The position numbers and the translations under genes were made by a program. Of a stretch of DNA of 64,000 nucleotides, positions 19,454-26,486 are shown piece after piece. Positions within the stretch are counted from its first letter, which is position 1. Each line of letters begins with the position of its first letter. A model generated the notes under the pieces. It saw only the letters and a list, made by a program, of their open reading frames with translations, was not told where the DNA came from and did no database searches. Source of the DNA: an uncultured Verrucomicrobiae bacterium (GTDB lineage: Bacteria; Verrucomicrobiota; Verrucomicrobiia; Chthoniobacterales; Chthoniobacteraceae); contig CAWIKF010000002.1 in NCBI GenBank assembly GCA_963836755.1, positions 672,001 through 736,000 on the forward strand, in the 5' to 3' direction.

Positions 19454-22210
19454 ATGCTCCGTCATCGTGAAAAAGTCCTCGCCCATGCAGAGCAGCAGCT
19501 CGCGCTTCAAGGCAAGGAAAGCTCGGCGGAGCTGCTCGCGCTTTACAAAAAATTTCTAAAAATCGAGAACCACCGGCTGCGGCTGAAGCATTACGCCGGC
19601 GGCGGCGGACGCGAGATTGCACAGCAGCGCGCGGAGTTGGTGGACATTGTTTTGCGGCATTTGTTTGAGGCCGCGGTCGAAAAATCCGAGACCGGAAAAA
19701 CGAAGCTGCTCGGCCTTTCGCTCGTCGCGATCGGCGGCTTCGGACGCGGCGAGCTCAACCCGTTTAGCGATGTCGACATCATGTTTTTGCACGACACGTC
19801 GATGCGGCAGATCACGCCGGAGCTCAATGAAATCATCCAGCTCATCCTCTACATGCTCTGGGATATTGGCTTCAAAGTCGGCCATTCCACGCGCTCGATC
19901 GCCGGCGTGGTGAAACAGGCGAATGCCGACATGCTTTCGAAGACGTCGCTGCTCGAATCGCGCCTGATCGCGGGCGACCAAAAACTTTTCGACGAGTTCC
20001 GCGCGGAGTTTGTGAAGCGCTGCGTGCACGGCTACGAAAAACGCTACATCGAGGAGCGCGTGCAGAACCAGGCGGAGCGCCACGCGAAGCACGGTGGCAC
20101 CGTTTACATGCAGGAGCCGAATGTGAAAAACGGCTGCGGCGGATTGCGCGATTACCAGAACCTGCTCTGGATTTCTTGTTTCAAGGAAGGCATCGCAAGC
20201 ACCGCCGAGCTGGTGGAAAAAAAATACCTGCAGGAAGGCGAACGCCGCCGGCTCGACCGCGCATATGACTTTCTCATGCGTGTGCGGACCGAGCTGCATT
20301 ATTTAAACAAACGCGCGACAGACGTGCTGAGCATGGTTTTTCAGCTGCAGGTCGCGAACAAGTTCGAATACCCGCAGAAAAACATCCTGCGCCGCAGCGA
20401 GGCTTTCATGCGCGACTACTACCGGCACGCGCGCAACATTTACTACACCACCGAGCAAATTTCCGGGCGCATGACGCAGATGGTCACCAATCACAAATCG
20501 CCCGGCATCTTCAGTTTTTTAACGGTGCGAAAAAAACCGGAGGAGCATTTCGACGGATTCCACAGCGCGGATCAACTGATGTTCCCGGACGCGCGGGACA
20601 TTTTTAACGCCGATCATTTTCGAATGATGCGACTGTTCCAGCACGCGCAATTGCGGCACCTCGAGCTCAGCCCGGAACTCGAGCAATTGATCCGGCGCCG
20701 CTTGCACCTCGTCGATCGCACCTTCCAATACGCGCGCGCTTCACGCGAAACTTTTGCGGCCATCCTTTCGCGCAAAGGCGAGGTCGGCCGCATCCTGCGC
20801 ATGATGCACCGCACCGATTTTCTGGGGCGTTACATTCCAGAATTCGGCGAGCTGACCTGCCTCGTGCAGCACGAGTTTTTTCACCGCTACACCGCCGATG
20901 AGCACACGCTCGTCTGCGTCGAAAAGCTCGACTCGGTGATCGATACGACGCAGCCGAGGCTGCAAAATTACCGCAATCTTTTTCAGAAACTCGAGGATCC
21001 CTACGTCCTTTATCTCGCGCTGCTTTTGCACGACACCGGCAAGGCATCGGGCGCGAAATACCACGCGGAGGCGAGCGCGCTTTATGCGCAAAAAGTTGCA
21101 GCGCGGCTGCAGATTTCCTCGGAGCGGCGCAAGTCGCTCATCCTTCTCGTCGACAATCACATGGTGCTTTCCAGCACCGCTCAAAGGCGGAATCTCGACG
21201 ACCCGGCGACGATCGAGGAGTTCGCCGCGGTCGTCAAAACGCAGGCAAATCTCGATGCGCTGATGTTGCTCACACTCGCGGACGGGCAGGGGATCGGTGA
21301 CGAAACATGGTCGGACTGGAAGGAAACGCTTGTGTGGCAGTTGTATCACACGACCAGCCATTATCTCGCAGACGGCGCGGCGTTTTACAGCCAGCGAAAG
21401 AACGAACGGGAGGAACTGCGGGTGGCCGTCGCGAAGAAGATGGCGCGCGATTACGAGGAGGAAATCGAGGCGCACTTTCAGTTCATGCCCGACTACTATT
21501 TTCACACGAACACTGCTGCGCAGATCGTCGCGCACCTGCGGCTCTTCCGCGAGTTCCTCGAGATGCGCTACGGTGACACTTTCGAGCCGCTGCTTCCCGC
21601 GGTGAAATGGGTGCCGCATCCCGATCAGGGCCACAGCGAGCTTTGGATTTGCTCGTGGGATCGGAAGGCGTTGCTCGCGAAAATCGCCGGGTCAATCGCG
21701 GTCGGACATCTCAACATCCTGAGTGCAGATATTTATACACGCGGTGACAGTCTGGTGTTAGATATTTTTCGCGTTTGCGACACCAAATTCCGCGCGGTCA
21801 GCGATGAAAAGGACAAGGCGCAGGTGGAAAAGCAATTGCGGATGGCGTTAAAAATCGAGGATTACGACTTTCGCCCGCTCTTGCAAAAAGCGAAGCGCAA
21901 GCCTGGTTTTCATCTCTCGCAGGAACTCGATTTCCCGACGCGTATCGTCATTGATAATGAAGCACATCCTGTCTACACGCTCGTCGACATTCAGATGCCG
22001 GACCGGCTCGGCCTGCTTTACAACTTGCTTCGCGGCTTTTCCGAAGCGCGCGTAAACATTGCACTCTCGCGCATCGCGACGGAAAAAGGCGCCGCGATCG
22101 ACAGCTTCTACGTCACGAATCGCGAAGGTCGGAAATTGCGCGACGCGCAGGGCACGGCGGCGCTGCAAGACGCGCTGCAGCAAGCTGCGGAAGCGATGTC
22201 GGCGAGCTGA
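19454..22210 (+). CDS. glnD: [Protein-PII] uridylyltransferase/uridylyl-removing enzyme
   Basis: GGFGRGELNPFSDVD, EPNVKNGCGGLRD, HRYTADEH, LLHDTGK (HD domain), C-terminal ACT domains (DRLGLL). Confidence 0.96.
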   Translation: MLRHREKVLAHAEQQLALQGKESSAELLALYKKFLKIENHRLRLKHYAGGGGREIAQQRAELVDIVLRHLFEAAVEKSETGKTKLLGLSLVAIGGFGRGELNPFSDVDIMFLHDTSMRQITPELNEIIQLILYMLWDIGFKVGHSTRSIAGVVKQANADMLSKTSLLESRLIAGDQKLFDEFRAEFVKRCVHGYEKRYIEERVQNQAERHAKHGGTVYMQEPNVKNGCGGLRDYQNLLWISCFKEGIASTAELVEKKYLQEGERRRLDRAYDFLMRVRTELHYLNKRATDVLSMVFQLQVANKFEYPQKNILRRSEAFMRDYYRHARNIYYTTEQISGRMTQMVTNHKSPGIFSFLTVRKKPEEHFDGFHSADQLMFPDARDIFNADHFRMMRLFQHAQLRHLELSPELEQLIRRRLHLVDRTFQYARASRETFAAILSRKGEVGRILRMMHRTDFLGRYIPEFGELTCLVQHEFFHRYTADEHTLVCVEKLDSVIDTTQPRLQNYRNLFQKLEDPYVLYLALLLHDTGKASGAKYHAEASALYAQKVAARLQISSERRKSLILLVDNHMVLSSTAQRRNLDDPATIEEFAAVVKTQANLDALMLLTLADGQGIGDETWSDWKETLVWQLYHTTSHYLADGAAFYSQRKNEREELRVAVAKKMARDYEEEIEAHFQFMPDYYFHTNTAAQIVAHLRLFREFLEMRYGDTFEPLLPAVKWVPHPDQGHSELWICSWDRKALLAKIAGSIAVGHLNILSADIYTRGDSLVLDIFRVCDTKFRAVSDEKDKAQVEKQLRMALKIEDYDFRPLLQKAKRKPGFHLSQELDFPTRIVIDNEAHPVYTLVDIQMPDRLGLLYNLLRGFSEARVNIALSRIATEKGAAIDSFYVTNREGRKLRDAQGTAALQDALQQAAEAMSAS

Positions 22211-22349
22211 GAAAGCTTTCGATTGTCTGAAAACTGCCGCGGGATCGGCCTTTTTTCTGCCGGATAGGAGGTGAAGCGTTTGGGAAAAGTTCGCACGTAA
22301 AGCCAATTTGATTTGTGCGGACGATTCCTTTTTATAATGCGCAAGCGCG

Positions 22350-22697
22350 ATGTCTCAAATCGGAGACGCTGCGAGGTTGTGCCAATTGTTTAACATCATG
22401 AAACTACGAAAAGAATTCAATCGACTCAGCGGGTTGTTCGGCGATGGCGTGGAAAAAGTGCATTGCGTCACCGATCACTTTGGCGATCGCGTGCAGGATG
22501 AAACTGCCACGATGTTGCGTCGCGCGCGCCGCGGGTTGCGTAAACAACGCGGCACGTTCGTTTCCGCCGAGGAGCTGATCGAGCAGCATCTCCAGGACAA
22601 TGCAGCGTATTATGTCTTGGCTGGCCTGCTCCTTGTCGGGCTGTTCATTTACCGCGCAATGTCCTCGGCGGAGAATGCGCCGCACCGGGATTGGTAA
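22350..22697 (+). CDS. Small hypothetical protein with C-terminal TM helix
   Basis: Fills the intergenic space; C-terminal YYVLAGLLLVGLFIY; real start may be 22398. Confidence 0.5.
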   Translation: MSQIGDAARLCQLFNIMKLRKEFNRLSGLFGDGVEKVHCVTDHFGDRVQDETATMLRRARRGLRKQRGTFVSAEELIEQHLQDNAAYYVLAGLLLVGLFIYRAMSSAENAPHRDW

Positions 22698-23525
22698 TCA
22701 GCAGCGCGCCGCGATCCAATCGACGATGTCGCTCAACACTTTGTCGCGGTCGAGATCGTTGTGGGTTTCGTGCATGCCTCCCGGGTAAAGTCGAAGCGTT
22801 TTGTCCGGCGATTTAGAACTCTCGAAAAATCGCCGAGAAGCGGCCGGCGAAGTGACGGGATCATTTTCGCCATGCAGTAAAAGTAGCGGCAGGCAAAACT
22901 CAGGTGCGCGATTTACCGCATCCGAGGCTCCATTCGAGAGTTCGAAGAACATCCGTGCTGAAATGCGGTGATGCACCAGATCGAGATCCGGCATGGATGC
23001 AAGGAATTGCTGATCCCGCGATAGTCGGTCGAGCCGCAGCTCTGTCTCCAAGGTGAATCGCGGCCAGATTTTTCCCACGCACGCCGCAAGCCGCAGCTTC
23101 CTTGGATGTGGTGCGAAGGCTAGCTCGAGCCAGGGGGATGCAGCGATCACGCCGCTCGCGATCGGTTGGTAACGGAGAGCAAAATTAATCGCAGCCTGAC
23201 CGCCGAGGCTGTGTCCATACAGGAAAGATGGGATTCCTGTTCTTGAATATTCCGCCCAGACCAAAGCCACGTCGTCCAATAGTTGCACGTAGGAATCGAT
23301 GTGGCCACGTGCGCCATTCGACCGCCCATGGCCGCGGAGATCGAACAGGCAAACGCCGAAGCCAGCATCGCAGAGCCGCTGCGCGACATGCAGATACCGC
23401 GATGAATGCTCTCCGAGTCCATGAATCGCAAGCACGTTCGCTCGCGGTGTGGATAGCGGTTCGAGCCATCGGGTGAAAAGGCGTGTTCGATCCCCCGCGA
23501 TGAGCCACCGTTCCTGCGATTTCAT
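22698..23525 (-). CDS. Alpha/beta hydrolase (lysophospholipase/monoacylglycerol lipase family)
   Basis: HGLGEHSSRY, DLRGHGRS, GHSLGG, HGENDPVT, HETHND. Confidence 0.9.
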   Translation of the reverse strand: MKSQERWLIAGDRTRLFTRWLEPLSTPRANVLAIHGLGEHSSRYLHVAQRLCDAGFGVCLFDLRGHGRSNGARGHIDSYVQLLDDVALVWAEYSRTGIPSFLYGHSLGGQAAINFALRYQPIASGVIAASPWLELAFAPHPRKLRLAACVGKIWPRFTLETELRLDRLSRDQQFLASMPDLDLVHHRISARMFFELSNGASDAVNRAPEFCLPLLLLHGENDPVTSPAASRRFFESSKSPDKTLRLYPGGMHETHNDLDRDKVLSDIVDWIAARC

Positions 23526-23600
23526 TTCTCCACAAGCTGCGCGCCACCCATCTGCACAAAAACGATTGTTTTCATGTCAGGCATCTGGTAGGTTCGCGGC

Positions 23601-24179
23601 ATGAGTCTTCCCCAAAAGCGTTCGGCATTCACTCTCATCGAGTTGCTCACCGTGATCGCGATCATCGCTATCTTAATGGGCCTGCTCTTCCCCGCAATGA
23701 ATTCCGTCAAGGAAGCAGCCCGCAAGACGCAGGCGAAAAATGACGAAACGCAGATCGTCACTGCCATCAAGGCTTACTACACCGAATACGGAAAATATCC
23801 CACCAACGATACCACTGATACGGTTTACTCGACGAACAACAACACCGTCATCGACGTCTTGAGAAACATGACCAACGGCGTCACCGGCAACACACTCAAC
23901 CCGCGCCAGATCCTCTTCCTCGAGGCGCCCGCGGTCAAAGACCCGACCACGCCAAAGGGCGGCGTGACCAGCGCCGGCGTCTACTACGATCCGTGGGGCT
24001 ACACCTACAGCCTGGAAATGGACGCTGATTACAACAACCAAATCACCAATCCCTATGGGAGCTCAGCCAATGCAGGGCCGTCACCACTGAACACCGGCAT
24101 CATCGTTTGGTCCTACGGCAAAGACGGAAAACAGGATACGAACCTCATCGGCGGGAACGACGTAGTATCCTGGCAATAA
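23601..24179 (+). CDS. Prepilin-type N-terminal methylation protein (T2SS pseudopilin G-like)
   Basis: AFTLIELLTVIAIIAIL, YYTEYGKYP, DPWG, WSYGKDG. Confidence 0.85.
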   Translation: MSLPQKRSAFTLIELLTVIAIIAILMGLLFPAMNSVKEAARKTQAKNDETQIVTAIKAYYTEYGKYPTNDTTDTVYSTNNNTVIDVLRNMTNGVTGNTLNPRQILFLEAPAVKDPTTPKGGVTSAGVYYDPWGYTYSLEMDADYNNQITNPYGSSANAGPSPLNTGIIVWSYGKDGKQDTNLIGGNDVVSWQ

Positions 24180-24189
24180 CCAAATCCAG

Positions 24190-24263
24190 GCGGGTGTAGT
24201 TCAATGGTAGAACGCCAGCTTCCCAAGCTGGACACGAGGGTTCGATTCCCTTCACCCGCTCCA
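24190..24263 (+). tRNA. tRNA-Gly(CCC), integration site
   Basis: GCGGGTGTAGTTCAATGGTAGAACG, anticodon arm CCAGC-TTCCCAA-GCTGG, encoded CCA end. Confidence 0.96.
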
Positions 24264-24312
24264 TCCCTGATACTCAGGGACTTACGCAGATAACGAGAGC
24301 GAAAAGTGGCAA

Positions 24313-24342
24313 AGTGAGAACAGAAGTGAGAACGCGTCCGCC
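24313..24342 (+). repeat. Tandem AGTGAGAAC pair (candidate integrase arm site, left end)
   Basis: AGTGAGAAC at 24313 and 24325, then GCGTCCGCC; same arrangement at 32852-32879. Confidence 0.7.
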
Positions 24343-24727
24343 GATTTCAGGGACGTTTTTTGATGTTCGCGGATGCTCTTTGCGCGGCTTTGATCGGCAG
24401 TCAATTTCTCGCGCGCGAACCGATGCCACACCCCGGCAAGGAATCTACTCGCGCGGATGAAAAGGGGCAGGCCGCCGAAGGCGGCCCCGGTCTCTTACTC
24501 GAATCAAATTTTCGGTTCCGGCCTCGCGCTACGGTTTGCCGCGCCGCTCCCTGCGATGAAATCGCAGGCGAGTTTTTTTCCGCCCGCGCTAACGCCCTCC
24601 GGGCGTCGCGCGCGTGCGGAAAAAAACTCGCCTAGGTGCGGCCCCGTAATGCCGAATTCGTTCTGTGTTTCGAGCCGCGCCCCAAATTAGTTTTGTGTTT
24701 GGCGTGCAAAGGCCATAGCGTTCCGCT

Positions 24728-25195
24728 ATGGCCTCCGTTCGACATGTTGCCGACTATTTCATCCGGCTCGCGGACGCGACCGCAGGGGATGTAATGACGC
24801 ATCTGCGACTTCAAAAGCTCGTTTACTTTGCTCAGGCGTGGAGTCTCGCGATTCGAGACAAGTCTTTGTTTCCAAATGTCTTTCAAGCGTGGCCTCATGG
24901 CCCCGTAAGCCCGGTTCTTTGGAACATGTTTAAGCAGTATGGCTTCAATTCCATCCCCGTTTCCGCTGCGACCAGCGACCCGGCTGGCATTCCAGCCGAC
25001 GAAAAGAGTTTTTTAGATGAAGTGTGGAGGGTTTACGGCGCGTTCTCGGCCAAGCGACTTGAGGACATCACCCATTCGGAAGGGCCTTGGGTTGCGGCGC
25101 GGGGAAACCTCGCACCGGCTGCGAAGTCGAGCGCTGAAATAACGCCCGACTCAATGAAACGGTTTTACAAGTCCAAACTTGCCAAAAAAGGGTAA
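24728..25195 (+). CDS. Panacea-domain (DUF4065, SocA/GepA-like) antitoxin
   Basis: VADYFI, MTHLRLQKLVYFAQAW, FQAWPHGPV, YGAFSAKRLEDITHSEGPW. Confidence 0.88.
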   Translation: MASVRHVADYFIRLADATAGDVMTHLRLQKLVYFAQAWSLAIRDKSLFPNVFQAWPHGPVSPVLWNMFKQYGFNSIPVSAATSDPAGIPADEKSFLDEVWRVYGAFSAKRLEDITHSEGPWVAARGNLAPAAKSSAEITPDSMKRFYKSKLAKKG

Positions 25196-25628
25196 TTACC
25201 GAAACGCAATTCCGACTGGCAAGATCAAGTCGAAAGGCATGATTCCGCAGCCGGACGAGCCAAAAAAAGGCAGCACGAATCAGCTAAAGGTTGTGTTGTC
25301 GTTTGAATTTTTCAACGCGGCTGCGGAATGCCCTTCACTTTGGGCGGGAGACGAAATGAAGGGGCTTTTTTCGATGTTCTCGAAGGCGTGTCAAAGGACA
25401 TGGCAGCAAGTAATCGAAACCAGCGGCAAAGCGTGGGGAGGGAAAGTCGGTTTGGGTTGGACTGAATTTAAGGACGCCGACCCGTTTCCGCGTCCCCAAG
25501 AACTTTCACAAGATTTGTGCATTTCGGAAATGCGTGTTTCCGCTGCGGCGAGAATCTTCGGTAGCCGGAAGGACGAATGCTTTTACGTCATTCGTTTAGA
25601 TCGCGGACATTCAGTTTGCAAAGTGTGA
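25179..25628 (+). CDS. Putative toxin partner of the Panacea antitoxin (possibly RelE-like)
   Basis: Overlaps the antitoxin 3' end; C-terminal EMRV..ARIFG..FYVIRLDRGH is reminiscent of RelE-fold RNases; start uncertain. Confidence 0.55.
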   Translation: MPKKGNYRNAIPTGKIKSKGMIPQPDEPKKGSTNQLKVVLSFEFFNAAAECPSLWAGDEMKGLFSMFSKACQRTWQQVIETSGKAWGGKVGLGWTEFKDADPFPRPQELSQDLCISEMRVSAAARIFGSRKDECFYVIRLDRGHSVCKV

Positions 25629-26486
25629 TATGCCGCGCGCTCCAATCCAACCGCTGCGCACAGCCCGCGCCGTTCGCGGCCCTCGTGCTCGCAAGCTCCG
25701 CGCGAGCGCCGCTCGCGTCACGGCCTCTGCTTCCCTCCAAAAGTTAGGCGCGATGCGCGTTGCGGGGAAGGAACCGCGCTCATCCTTCGCTTGCCCGCGC
25801 CCTGCCACGTCGCCGCTCAGGGCTTGCCCGCCTCCGCTCGCCTATTAGGCTCCGCGCCGTTGTGGGGTTGCGGCGCTCCGCGCCCTTCGCTTCGCTCAGG
25901 CACGCGCCAGCGCCGCCGCCTCCCCACGCTGGCCGTGCGCAATTCCGCCACCGCTGCTATGCAGCTCCCACGGCGCGCGTAGCGTCGGGCTGCCCTTCGG
26001 GCCAGCGCGGGCGTTACGTCCGCCGTCCCGCCGCGAGCGCGTTCTGCGAGCGATGCGTGTTTGCGCTCACGCCGTTCGCGAGCTTGGCGCTCCGCGCATT
26101 GTCGCCGCGTCCCGCCTCGCTTCGCTCGCCCGCGCCGCGTCCGGCTTCGGCTAACGCCTTCGCCTCGCTCTCGCCGCCGCGCGAAACCTCCCGCTCCTTT
26201 TTGCCTTCCCTTCGCGCGCGGCGTCTCGCGAATTCGCCGCCGTCCCGCCGCTCCCGCCGCCTTGCCCCGTCCACTTCGCCCGCCGCGCGCCTCCGGCGTG
26301 GAATGGCTCGCGATGCTCGCGCCCCTATCGAGCAAGGGCGCTCTCCGGCGCGGCCCTCGCAACTCCCCAGCCTCGGGAGGAACACGCTCCGCGCTTCGCT
26401 TGCCCGCTGTCGCGGATTTCCGGCCCGCAAGTGACTTTGTGCGCGCGCCTTGTTTCCCTTCCTCAATCGTTGCACGATGCGCCGCA

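Noticed and set aside
26061..26486. N-terminal extension of the 1088-aa ORF
   Set aside because: Arg/Pro/Ala-rich read-through of GC-rich non-coding DNA; the family-typical start is MPLSWNEI at 26487
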